A stretch of DNA of 64,000 nucleotides, from assembly GCA_963681965.1 (NCBI GenBank), contig OY820579.1, forward strand, positions 4,096,001 to 4,160,000, in the 5' to 3' direction. Made by a program: the position numbers and the translations under genes. A model generated the notes under the pieces. That model made no database searches, was not told where the DNA came from, and was given only the letters and a program-made list of their open reading frames with translations. This document shows, piece by piece, positions 9,733 through 19,214 of this stretch (the stretch's first letter is position 1; each line of letters starts with the position of its first letter). Source of the DNA: a bacterium. GTDB taxonomy: Bacteria; Electryoneota; JAOADG01.

Positions 9733-10087
9733 GACACCAATCGGGATCGTTGTAACGCGCAACGAATGGGGTCCGCTGCTGGTCGAAGAAGTGGAAGGCA
9801 CTTACTGCGATTGTGGGCTTTACGCAGTGATCGTCAACCCCGCCTCACCGGAACTCATTCGTCCGGTAGCCATCGCTCCGGATCAATCCATTTTCTGGTT
9901 CGTCGATGCTCCGGGCAGCACTGCCGAACGTGCCGCTCAACGCGTGAAACTCGCGATCGACCACATTATCACCGGCTTTTCGATGCCGATGCTGCTCTCC
10001 TTCGTTACCAAACGAAAACACCTCCCGATCGAGGTTCTCGTCGCTCAGTGCCGTAGCGCGCTCGAGCGTGGAAATATCTGCGGGTAA
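9725..10087 (+). CDS. Degenerate PTS EIIA (mannose/fructose family)-like protein
   Basis: Follows hprK with overlap. IGIVVTRN, FVDAPGST and ITGFSMPMLL parallel the EIIA-Man motifs xxTHG, LxDLxGGTP and GVNLPML, but the phospho-His is absent. Confidence 0.6.
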   Translation: MSETPIGIVVTRNEWGPLLVEEVEGTYCDCGLYAVIVNPASPELIRPVAIAPDQSIFWFVDAPGSTAERAAQRVKLAIDHIITGFSMPMLLSFVTKRKHLPIEVLVAQCRSALERGNICG

Positions 10088-10160
10088 AAATAATATTCGG
10101 ATTCAGCAAATTCCTCTTGTAATATTATTCAATTTTCCATAAATTATCGCAATTACAATC

Positions 10161-10181
10161 GATATCAATTGCATTGATATC
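10161..10181. promoter_or_regulatory. Perfect 9-bp inverted repeat (candidate operator)
   Basis: GATATCAAT-TGC-ATTGATATC about 60 bp upstream of the 10242 start, in AT-rich intergenic DNA. Confidence 0.35.
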
Positions 10182-10241
10182 CATTCCTCATGTAATTCTT
10201 CCGTCCGTTTTTTTCTTTCATCAAATCTGGAGATTGCCAAC

Positions 10242-11249
10242 ATGAGTAATAAAGAGTATATCAATCCATTTTCCAAGGGTAAAACACAAGCATTGCTAAT
10301 ATTTACAATCGTTATCTATTTATTATTCTTACTCGCCAAGATGGTAGATAACGGTTTTTTAAATAACGATTATTTAAAAAATGTCGACCTGTTTAGGCTC
10401 AGAGAAACAATTGATGGTAAGTTACATGAATATTTGGATAACCTTAGTTATTGGATAATCAAGATCGCGCAAATATCGATCATGCTTGGTTTCGTGATTA
10501 TGGTCATTACTCAGTTTTACAAGAAACAATATCGACCGGAATTTGCCAAGCAGATATTTTGCGACTGGTTCAAATTCAACCTGATATCCGGTGAGAAAGG
10601 TGTCACCAGTATTGCGATTACTGGAAATGAGAACGACCCAAATAAAGACGATCCGACTCTGTACCGGGAACTCTTGTTTCTATCGCAATGCGGTGGTGAA
10701 AAAACATTGTTTAGTCTTCCGATCGAACATCTGTGCGGACAACTAAACACCGCAGTCGCGAATATTCTTCAGGATCCCACGAACCATCCTCAATTGATCG
10801 CTCACTTATGCGGACTCGATAAGAATCAGTTAGCCAGCACCGACCAACAGATTCAAATGTTCAAGCAAGTATTTACAACGGATTTCACAATTAATACAAA
10901 TACGTCATCTTCTAAGAATGATAATGAATCGGGTTCAGTAAGCAGTACGAATAGTAATCCTACACCCGATGAAATCGATCGTAAGCGGGCAATGGGTTTG
11001 ACGACGATCCATCATTTGATTCAGCGAAAGATCGACGGATTCCAGATTAATTATAGCTTTTCCTGGCAATCGCGATTATTAAGTGTCTCGGCGATTATCG
11101 CGTTGTTATTCAGTTTTCACCTCGCCGTAGTGCTGCGCGTGAAGGGACTGAATATATTGGGTTTCACATTACTGATCGCTTTGATCAGTACGTACACGTC
11201 GATGCTTTGGCGTGACGCAGTGTCCTATCTGGTTAAGCTCCGTAAATGA
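10242..11249 (+). CDS. Hypothetical integral membrane protein (about 2+2 TM helices flanking a soluble domain)
   Basis: Hydrophobic segments near aa 17-33, 70-92, 280-298 and 303-322; ggag RBS; AT-rich; ATGA overlap with the next gene. Confidence 0.7.
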   Translation: MSNKEYINPFSKGKTQALLIFTIVIYLLFLLAKMVDNGFLNNDYLKNVDLFRLRETIDGKLHEYLDNLSYWIIKIAQISIMLGFVIMVITQFYKKQYRPEFAKQIFCDWFKFNLISGEKGVTSIAITGNENDPNKDDPTLYRELLFLSQCGGEKTLFSLPIEHLCGQLNTAVANILQDPTNHPQLIAHLCGLDKNQLASTDQQIQMFKQVFTTDFTINTNTSSSKNDNESGSVSSTNSNPTPDEIDRKRAMGLTTIHHLIQRKIDGFQINYSFSWQSRLLSVSAIIALLFSFHLAVVLRVKGLNILGFTLLIALISTYTSMLWRDAVSYLVKLRK

Positions 11250-12214
11250 GCGACGAACTACCAGCGCGCGAGTTCTCGCGCTTGAAAACACGGATCTCTT
11301 ATCTGTCCGCCCGACAACAACCGAATGGCGGAAAGCCGCTTCAGCGGGTAGAACCTGCCTCCGGGCAGGTTGCTTCCTGCGTTACCGATAACTCGGGACT
11401 CACGGAAGATGTCGCTGATGGTTCGACAATCTTTCTTTGCATTCACGGTTACAACAACGATACTCTCGAAGCGATTCGGAGTTACCTTCACTTTGTCGAT
11501 AATCTCGAACAAATGGCACCCGATATCTTACCGGTTGCAAAAGTTTTTGGATTTGTCTGGCCAGGCGACGAAGCATGGAAATTAATAAGTGGTCCTTCTT
11601 TTTTGGATAAACCGAAAATCGCCGAAACTGTTGGCGCAAATCTGGCGTCGTATCTCGATTCCCGGTGTGGCAAAGTAGGAATCGACATTTACTTTGTTGC
11701 GCATTCGTTGGGTAATCGGGTATTATTTTATGCGTTGCGGCAATTCATGAAAATAAATAATCCCAAACTTCGTCTTCACGGGATTCTCTGTATGGCTGCG
11801 GCTGTTCCTGCATATACTCTTGAAGAAAAACACTACTTTCTAAAAGAACAGACCGATGCCGAATTAAAAGAGATCTTGAACGCGTTCAAATTGGTACAAT
11901 TCAGATACAACGGCTATTCTCATGATGATAAAACGCTAAGAAGACTTTTCTCAGTAGCATCAATAATCCTGACGCTTCCGAAAACCCATCTCTTGGATGA
12001 GATTTCTAACCAGAAAGCCATAGGGTATCTGGGAAAACCAGATACTCCCGGTCTCTGGAGTTTAAATTATAATTCTTATCTGGATCACAGTTTCTATTGG
12101 CCGGATAAGCCCAATGCATTGAAATTCTCAATGCTGGTCAAAGGTTACGTTCCACAAGAACTTCCGACGGCAACTCTTCCGATTGATACGATTGACGATC
12201 GATTGTTGCAATAA
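11246..12214 (+). CDS. Alpha/beta hydrolase, DUF900-like esterase/lipase
   Basis: IHGYNN, FVWPG, nucleophile elbow VAHSLGNR, MAAAV, SHDDKTL and the C-terminal His motif DHSFYW. Confidence 0.8.
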   Translation: MSDELPAREFSRLKTRISYLSARQQPNGGKPLQRVEPASGQVASCVTDNSGLTEDVADGSTIFLCIHGYNNDTLEAIRSYLHFVDNLEQMAPDILPVAKVFGFVWPGDEAWKLISGPSFLDKPKIAETVGANLASYLDSRCGKVGIDIYFVAHSLGNRVLFYALRQFMKINNPKLRLHGILCMAAAVPAYTLEEKHYFLKEQTDAELKEILNAFKLVQFRYNGYSHDDKTLRRLFSVASIILTLPKTHLLDEISNQKAIGYLGKPDTPGLWSLNYNSYLDHSFYWPDKPNALKFSMLVKGYVPQELPTATLPIDTIDDRLLQ

Positions 12215-12218
12215 TTTT

Positions 12219-12596
12219 TCAATCCCCCGTCGGTACAATTTTACTCGTTTCCACCATCAGCATCACCGTTTTCTTCGGTGCGCGAGGTCGATGCATCACG
12301 TCGCGCGTGATCGTCACCCCTTGTCCGGGCGATAGTTCAATCACACGATCGGACAAATCTATCAGCAATTTTCCTTCCAACACGAAGAAAAATTCGTCAT
12401 CCTGCTCGTGCTTATGCCAGTGAAATTCCCCTTCGACAATCCCGATGCGGACAACACTATCGTTCACCTGCGTTAGGGTCTGATTGAACCATTTCTCGGT
12501 GCAATTCGCAACGATTTCCGGTACATCGATCCGTTCGAGATGGGGGTACTTTTGATCGAGGTGAATATGGTATTCTTCGGGATTTGGCTGATCCAT
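12219..12596 (-). CDS. Cupin domain protein
   Basis: Cupin motifs GEFHWHKHEQDDEFFFVLEG and VMHRPRA. Confidence 0.9.
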   Translation of the reverse strand: MDQPNPEEYHIHLDQKYPHLERIDVPEIVANCTEKWFNQTLTQVNDSVVRIGIVEGEFHWHKHEQDDEFFFVLEGKLLIDLSDRVIELSPGQGVTITRDVMHRPRAPKKTVMLMVETSKIVPTGD

Positions 12597-12646
12597 TGAT
12601 GCCTCCGATGATGTAGAATTCCAATTGTAACAGAGAACATAGTATT

Positions 12647-12748
12647 TTCTTGAAAATAAGTTGTTATCGGTAGTAGGGGCGGACCCCCGCGTCCGCCCGC
12701 AGGTCAGGCGAAGCCTGACACCGAATCATGACAACTTGTTTTCAAGAA
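12647..12748. repeat. ~100-bp nested-palindrome element, copy 3 (best preserved)
   Basis: Outer IR ttcttgaaaataagttgttatcgg...ccgaatcatgacaacttgttttcaagaa; inner GTAG REP at 12673 and GTCAGGC-GAA-GCCTGAC. Confidence 0.9.
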
Positions 12749-12939
12749 CCACTTTAGTTGTTGAATATGAATAATTCGCAATTCGACAGAAAGTTGCGCA
12801 ATTCGGCTAATGAACCAATAATCAGTGATAAACGTATAACCTGCAAGTGTATGGCGGGTCAGGCGATACTTTCGCGAACTTGCGAATGACCGCACTAATT
12901 TACATATTGAAAATTGATTTTACCGAAAGCGAACCCCTC

Positions 12940-14937
12940 TTGAAAGGGAAATACCAACATATTCAGACCCCGGAAGCCATTCGGAAGCTAGATTTACCGG
13001 AATTGATCGAATTTGCCGCCGAATTGCGCGACGAATTGATCAGTACCGTGACAATGGTCGGTGGTCACCTTGCCCCTTCGCTCGGAACGGTGGAGTTAAC
13101 CATCGCGCTGCACAAGGTGTTCAATACACCCCGCGATCAGATTGTCTGGGATGTCGGACATCAAGCGTACGCCCACAAAATGCTGACGGGACGCCGCGAA
13201 CGCCTCTCGACAATTCGACAACTGAATGGTCTCAGCGGCTTTTTGAAACGTGCCGAATCGGAATACGACAGCTTTGGTGCCGGTCACGCTTCGACGTCGA
13301 TCTCGGCGGCATACGGCTTGGCGTGCGCTCGCGACCTGTTGGGTGAAGACTACAAAGTGGTGGCAATCATCGGCGACGGCGCGATGACTGGTGGTCTTGC
13401 TTACGAGGCGTTGAACAATGCCGGTAGTTTCGGTAGAGATATTCTCGTCATTCTGAACGACAACACGATGTCGATCAGCCCCAATGTCGGCGCGATTTCG
13501 AATTATCTTTCCGACGTTATTACCAATCCCCGCTACCGGAAAGTCCGCGATAAAATTTGGGAAATTACCGGCAAATTACCGGCAACCGAGACGATGCGAC
13601 ACATCGGACGAAGGCTTGAAGACGGCATGAAAGCGTTTGTCGGTCCCGGCATCCTGTTTGAAGATCTCGGTTTTCAATACATCGGTCCGGTCGACGGTCA
13701 CGATCTCTCGCACTTGATGCAGATTCTTCAGCGCGCGCAAACGATGAAGGGTCCCGTGTTGTTGCACGTACTCACCGTAAAGGGAAAAGGGTGGGATAAA
13801 GCCGAAGCCGACCCGGTGAAATATCACGGTATAAAGGCAGGCACTCCGGCACCATCGAAACAATTGGTGCAACCAAAATCGCCACCCGGCTATGCCGAAC
13901 CGATCGAACCGAAACGCAAGTCATCCGAATCGCTTATTCCCGAGAGTGTTGAAGCGAATCCTGCTCCTTCTTTTATGGATGCATTCGGCGAAATCATGAT
14001 CGATCTGGCAAAATCCGATTCCAAGATCGTGGCAATCACTGCGGCGATGAGTGAAGGAACGGGATTATCCAATTTTGCCGATGAGTTACCCGATCAATTT
14101 TTCGATGTCGGGATTGCCGAAGCGCACGGCGTCTGCTTTGCCGCTGGCTTAGCCGCTAAGGGGATCAAACCGGTTTGCGCTATTTATTCAACATTTTTGC
14201 AGCGTGCGTTCGATCAGATTGTACACGATGTCGCGATGCAACATCTCCCGGTCGTGTTCTGTATCGATCGCGCTGGATTAGTCGGCGAAGATGGACCGAC
14301 GCACCACGGTGTACTCGATCTCAGTTATCTAAGTTGCATTCAGGAAATGATTGTTGCCTGTCCAAAAGATGGCAATGAATTGCGCGATTTGATGCTCACT
14401 GCAATTTCGCAAAAAATGCAGCCATTCGCCATCCGCTATCCGAAAGAAAGTTCGATCGCATACTCGCGCGACTATCGCGGTAAGATTCTTCCGATCGGTA
14501 GTTGGGAAGTGCTGGCAACTGGTGCCACTGCGACAGTTATTGCTACCGGCGCGATGGTTTCCCGCTCGCAACAAGCCGTTAAGAAACTTCGGTCCGAGGG
14601 ATTCGACATCGGGCTCGTCAATGCCCGCTTCGTCAAACCAGTCGACAAAACATTACTAAATGAGTTACGTATAACCACTAAACGACTAATCGTCATCGAA
14701 GAAAATGCCCCAACCGGCGGGCTGATTTCTCAAGTTCGGAATGCGTTTGCGGAAATGGGTGACTATTGCCTTCCGATCGAAGCTTTCTGTTTACCGGATC
14801 GCTTTGTCGAACATGGCAAACGCGAAGAGCTATTGAACATGGTAGGATTGTCTTCGATCAAGATTGAACAACGTTTGCGGGAATTGCTGACTGGCACTGC
14901 GTCAAATACGGTATCCAATATTCGCGAGCAAGTATAG
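12940..14937 (+). CDS. dxs: 1-deoxy-D-xylulose-5-phosphate synthase
   Basis: Motifs GGHLAPSLG, WDVGHQAY, GDGAMTGGLAYEALN, DVGIAEAH, YSTFLQRAFD and DGPTHHG. Start placed at the in-frame TTG; the longer ORF begins at 12847. Confidence 0.97.
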   Translation: MKGKYQHIQTPEAIRKLDLPELIEFAAELRDELISTVTMVGGHLAPSLGTVELTIALHKVFNTPRDQIVWDVGHQAYAHKMLTGRRERLSTIRQLNGLSGFLKRAESEYDSFGAGHASTSISAAYGLACARDLLGEDYKVVAIIGDGAMTGGLAYEALNNAGSFGRDILVILNDNTMSISPNVGAISNYLSDVITNPRYRKVRDKIWEITGKLPATETMRHIGRRLEDGMKAFVGPGILFEDLGFQYIGPVDGHDLSHLMQILQRAQTMKGPVLLHVLTVKGKGWDKAEADPVKYHGIKAGTPAPSKQLVQPKSPPGYAEPIEPKRKSSESLIPESVEANPAPSFMDAFGEIMIDLAKSDSKIVAITAAMSEGTGLSNFADELPDQFFDVGIAEAHGVCFAAGLAAKGIKPVCAIYSTFLQRAFDQIVHDVAMQHLPVVFCIDRAGLVGEDGPTHHGVLDLSYLSCIQEMIVACPKDGNELRDLMLTAISQKMQPFAIRYPKESSIAYSRDYRGKILPIGSWEVLATGATATVIATGAMVSRSQQAVKKLRSEGFDIGLVNARFVKPVDKTLLNELRITTKRLIVIEENAPTGGLISQVRNAFAEMGDYCLPIEAFCLPDRFVEHGKREELLNMVGLSSIKIEQRLRELLTGTASNTVSNIREQV

Positions 14938-14950
14938 TGGGGGAACGATA

Positions 14951-15817
14951 GTGAAGATCGTCGTCGACGATCACGCCGGATTTTGTGGTGGCGTGAAGCG
15001 TGTAGTTCGATTGGCGGAACAATCGCTGGAAAATGGCGAGCAGATTCGATCGCTCGGTGATTTGATTCACAACGATTCCGAAATCAATCGACTGAAACAA
15101 CGCGGGCTCGAGATTGTCGATCATGAGATTTTCAATCGCAAAGAACATGGCGGCGTATTGTTGATCCGCGCACATGGCGAACCTCCCTCCACTTTTCAGA
15201 CCGCTGAAGACCAGCACATGACCCTCATCGACGGCACCTGTCCGGTGGTGACCAAATCGCAAAAAATCGCTCGCGAAGCCTATTTGCGCGGCGAACAAGT
15301 CGTCATTGTCGGTAAGAAATTTCATGCCGAAGTGAAAGGCATCATCGGTCACTGCGATAATCAAGCCTTCGCCATCATGCATGAAGCGGACATCGACGAA
15401 TTGCCGTTGACAAAAGATCGACCGGTCTTCGTATTGGCGCAAACAACGATTTCACCCGAAGAATTTCAAGCGGGCGTCGAATGGATTCGCAAACGCGGTT
15501 TCGAAGTTCACGTTCACGATACACTCTGTCGCTTCGTAACCGGTCGCGATAAAGATCTGGAAAAATTCGCCGCCGCTTACGATGTCATCTTAATCGTCGG
15601 CGGTCACAAATCGTCGAATACGAAATATCTTCACTCCGTTTGTCGCGAAAAAAATCCCAACAGCTACCATATCGAAGACGATTCGGAAATCGACTACCAT
15701 TGGTTCGACGGCAAAACCAGTGTAGGCGTTACCGGCAGCGCCAGTACGCCACCGTGGATGCTGGAACAGGTCCGGAACGTACTCGAAACGAAATTGAACA
15801 TGAACGTTGCCGAATAG
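14951..15817 (+). CDS. ispH: 4-hydroxy-3-methylbut-2-enyl diphosphate reductase
   Basis: Motifs AGFCGGVKR, IRAHG, DGTCPVV, HAEV, QTT, TLC, SSNT and SASTP, including the three Fe-S Cys. Confidence 0.96.
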   Translation: MKIVVDDHAGFCGGVKRVVRLAEQSLENGEQIRSLGDLIHNDSEINRLKQRGLEIVDHEIFNRKEHGGVLLIRAHGEPPSTFQTAEDQHMTLIDGTCPVVTKSQKIAREAYLRGEQVVIVGKKFHAEVKGIIGHCDNQAFAIMHEADIDELPLTKDRPVFVLAQTTISPEEFQAGVEWIRKRGFEVHVHDTLCRFVTGRDKDLEKFAAAYDVILIVGGHKSSNTKYLHSVCREKNPNSYHIEDDSEIDYHWFDGKTSVGVTGSASTPPWMLEQVRNVLETKLNMNVAE

Positions 15818-15890
15818 CATGTAGGACGAATTCTCGAACAATTCCACAAAATTTTCGTAATACTACTCTAGTATACCCTCAATAGGATTA

Positions 15891-16889
15891 ATGGAACAAA
15901 TCATGTCTGAAAACGAAAAGCGCATCTCCGGACCGACTCGTCGGATCAAAGAAATCGTCGAGCGCGAACGCGATCCCAATACTACTGAAGAAGTCAATGT
16001 GGTCATACGCCGCCCGGATTGGATTCGCGGGAAACTTCCCAGCACCCAACTGACCGGTCCGACCCGCGAGATCATGCGTCAGAACAACTTGCATACGGTT
16101 TGTGAAGAAGCACGCTGCCCGAATCTTGGCGAGTGCTGGCAGAAACGCCACGCGACGGTGATGATTCTCGGCGATACCTGCACGCGCTCTTGCGGCTTTT
16201 GTGCCATCAAGACCGGTAAACCGAATGAACTCGATTGGGACGAACCGCGTCGTGTCGGCGAAGCGGTTGCAGAACTGAATTTGAAACATGTCGTTATCAC
16301 TTCGGTGAATCGCGACGAACTGCTGCTCGGTGGTGCCGATATTTTTGCCGCGACAATCAAGGAAATCCGACAGCGAACTCCCGACACTCGAATCGAAGTA
16401 TTAACTCCCGATTTCAAAGCTTACGAACCGGCAATGAAAATCTGTTTCGACGCGCGTCCGGATATTTTCAATCACAATATCGAAACGGTTCCGCGGTTGT
16501 ACTACAAAGTCCGCCCTCAGGCAATCTATCAGCGTTCGCTCGATGTACTGAAAGCGGGTAAAGACGCAGGTTTGATCACTAAATCGGGGATCATGGTCGG
16601 TCTCGGTGAAACTAATGAAGAAGTGATCGAAGTACTCAGAGATTTACGTGGTGTCGGTGTCGACATGCTGACAATCGGGCAATATCTGCAACCGACGCGC
16701 GAACATTTACCGGTAGCACGATTTGTCACCCCGGACGAATTCAAAGAATATGAACGGGTTGCTTTCGAACTCGGTTTCGGTAGCGCAGCAAGTGGACCGA
16801 TGGTTCGATCCAGTTACAATGCCGAAGATTTCTTCGAACGTTCGAAGGTGAAAGTGCTATTCGAACAGAATCGCAAAGTGTATCATTGA
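15891..16889 (+). CDS. lipA: Lipoyl synthase
   Basis: Cluster motifs CEEARCPNLGEC and CTRSCGFC; C-terminal VRSSY. Confidence 0.97.
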   Translation: MEQIMSENEKRISGPTRRIKEIVERERDPNTTEEVNVVIRRPDWIRGKLPSTQLTGPTREIMRQNNLHTVCEEARCPNLGECWQKRHATVMILGDTCTRSCGFCAIKTGKPNELDWDEPRRVGEAVAELNLKHVVITSVNRDELLLGGADIFAATIKEIRQRTPDTRIEVLTPDFKAYEPAMKICFDARPDIFNHNIETVPRLYYKVRPQAIYQRSLDVLKAGKDAGLITKSGIMVGLGETNEEVIEVLRDLRGVGVDMLTIGQYLQPTREHLPVARFVTPDEFKEYERVAFELGFGSAASGPMVRSSYNAEDFFERSKVKVLFEQNRKVYH

Positions 16890-16894
16890 AAATT

Positions 16895-16923
16895 CGGCGG
16901 GTGATTATCCCGCCGTTTTTTTT
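16895..16923 (+). terminator. Rho-independent terminator after lipA
   Basis: Stem cggcggg-tgattat-cccgccg followed by a T-run. Confidence 0.8.
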
Positions 16924-17006
16924 ACCGACTAGTGAGCAGTTATCCAACTGCTGGAATTTGAGTGGCATACTGAAAATCAATCAGTCATTCCCTTCATTGA
17001 TTTGTA

Positions 17007-18653
17007 TCAGGCTGGTACTAATTCTGCCTCCTGACGGATCATTTGTTTCTGTAGTGCGATATTTTCCAATTTTCGCGTCTTAATCAAAGCTTTTGTGGGC
17101 TGAACAAGCGATAACAAATTTTTGTGTAGTTCAATTTCTTCATAGCTCAATGGTGCCCGGGAGTGGCGCCTCCGCCAAGTGGATACATGCTTCAGAAATG
17201 CAACCTGAATTGTTCCATTGAGTGCAGAATCGATTACTTCCTGACCGAATAATTCAGTCAGTCTGTTAAGACTCCCTTCGGCACGTTGAATCGATTCTTT
17301 GTTTTCTTCAATTCGAGCCTCGAAAAATTCACGCAACCCCATCACAATCGAATTCAATGTTGCTTCTTCATCCATATCCATTTGTTCGATGGTGATACTC
17401 TTTTCAGCGATAAACTTGCTCCCGGTTGCCGATTTACCTCGAATAGTAGAACCGATCACCTTTGAGCTATCAATGTTCCCATTAACCGAAACTGTCGCTG
17501 CAGCGCTGACTGAGGAATTCGCTACCGATCCGTTGACTGCGATGGACTGATCGCTGTGCAGATGACTGCTCTCGACACTTCCCTGAATCAGAATGTTCCC
17601 AGTAGTCTCAATGCTGGTATCAGCCTGCACGTTCCCCATCACAATCACGTCACCAGTGGCACAGATGATACTACCGACCACAAGATCACCCTTAATGTAC
17701 ACTGGTTGATCGGTCACAACCGACATCGCATCCGAGGATTCAAGTTCCAACGGTGGAACCACTGACACCGTTACTTTTTCCAGCATCGAACGTTCCCCGC
17801 GAGCGGTGTATTGCTGTTTGTAGGTTCGATCGATCAAGACAAATCCATCGACAGCCGCAGTTACCGATAATCCGTACTGAGCGGTCTTCGCCCCATTCGA
17901 ACCGATCACTCGAAAATCAAGTGCTTTCGAACAGGGAATAGTGGCACCATGTACATCGATACCTTCTTTCGTTCCGTCAACCGGTAACGTTTTCGAGCAT
18001 AACAAATCATCGGCTTTGACCATTCGCGATGTGCGGAATTCGTTGACTTTTGACGGGTCAGGTTCCAGTTCGAAATAAAATTGGATTTTGGCATCAGTAG
18101 CCGGCTCAGGCAGAGTTCCTTGCGCTCCGATTATTCCGTTGACGACTGATCGCGTGAATTTCGATTGTTTGATTCCCTGTTCAATGTTTTCGATTTTAAC
18201 TAATCGAGGCGACACCTTGTGTGTTTTCAAACAGCTTTCGATAAACTCAAGCGTTGTATATTGTCCGAATTCATTCATTGGATAGATCACGACGTCGGCA
18301 ATCATATCCTTGTATTCGATCTTGTCGTTACCCATTTGCGAGCGGAAAGTGATCTTCGGACTACCACTCGGAGGCGGTGAGCGACGAACAGTGATCTTCG
18401 TGGAAACAGTATCATCAGTGATGTTGGTAACTTGCGTATCGGTAAATTCCAGAAATTCCACCGGAATACCGCTGCTTTTTGAAAGAATCGTTTTAATTGA
18501 ACGCAACTTTTGAAATGATAAGGAAACATTTACAAAATCTTCTTTGGAGATTGTGGTCAGAATTTCCCAGCTTTCGGAATCGAGCTGGTTTACTTCAACG
18601 TTTAAATCGAGTAGCACCTGTTCGGGATCCTGCACCATTTGTTGTTCTGTCAT
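17007..18653 (-). CDS. FapA/DUF342-family protein
   Basis: GTLPEPATDAKI..F, VKADDLL..K..P.DG.EGIDVHG, and a beta-helix of 'IKGDL..GSII.ATGDVIVMGNV' repeats followed by a coiled coil. Confidence 0.7.
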   Translation of the reverse strand: MTEQQMVQDPEQVLLDLNVEVNQLDSESWEILTTISKEDFVNVSLSFQKLRSIKTILSKSSGIPVEFLEFTDTQVTNITDDTVSTKITVRRSPPPSGSPKITFRSQMGNDKIEYKDMIADVVIYPMNEFGQYTTLEFIESCLKTHKVSPRLVKIENIEQGIKQSKFTRSVVNGIIGAQGTLPEPATDAKIQFYFELEPDPSKVNEFRTSRMVKADDLLCSKTLPVDGTKEGIDVHGATIPCSKALDFRVIGSNGAKTAQYGLSVTAAVDGFVLIDRTYKQQYTARGERSMLEKVTVSVVPPLELESSDAMSVVTDQPVYIKGDLVVGSIICATGDVIVMGNVQADTSIETTGNILIQGSVESSHLHSDQSIAVNGSVANSSVSAAATVSVNGNIDSSKVIGSTIRGKSATGSKFIAEKSITIEQMDMDEEATLNSIVMGLREFFEARIEENKESIQRAEGSLNRLTELFGQEVIDSALNGTIQVAFLKHVSTWRRRHSRAPLSYEEIELHKNLLSLVQPTKALIKTRKLENIALQKQMIRQEAELVPA

Positions 18654-19214
18654 TTACTTAAGCACCCTTTATTCAGAAGTGATATCGTCATTTATTCAAA
18701 ATTCCTGAATACGGCTGATTGTGGGTTTCAAATGATAAAAAATATGACTCCCGATATTCCTCAATTCAGTAATAACTATTTTCTAAACTGATAATGTGGA
18801 GCGAGTTGACCACTAAATCATTTGCGGTTGATAAACTCCCAATGAAACCGATCGAAAATTACGAATTCAAGCCGGTAAGACCAATTCTCTCAAATGCTCA
18901 AAAATGAAACTGATAACGTTTGGATTACCAATTCCAGTTTTCGTAATCCTAATCTAAGAATATGAAGATGTAAGTCGGAGAGACTGATCAATACATGCAA
19001 ATTAAACCGTGAAACTTAGTTTTGAGAATCTGATTGAACTATTTGATAAATAAGCATGGAAGCATCGTTTTCGCTCTCAGCTTTTTGCGGTTTTCAGACA
19101 ATTTTCGTACCTTAGACAACGGTTTAAGGTTCCATGTCCCGTCTGACCGGAACCAGCAATGTTGGAGCTGCTCAGGATTGAACGCTCCGCGGTAACCCTC
19201 CAAGAGGACATAGC

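Noticed and set aside
1041-12748. Repeats as a CRISPR array
   Set aside because: The copies are kilobases apart, have no repeat-spacer periodicity, and no cas genes are present.
12704-12939. Small ORFs over the repeat element and the N-terminal extension of dxs (also ORFs at 7284-7521 and 36469-36838)
   Set aside because: They translate palindromic repeat or promoter DNA; DXS similarity begins only near 12940.
19080-19214. Glycine or ZTP riboswitch upstream of the aminotransferase-serA pair
   Set aside because: Some pairing potential exists, but I could not match the consensus of either family; an Rfam scan is needed.
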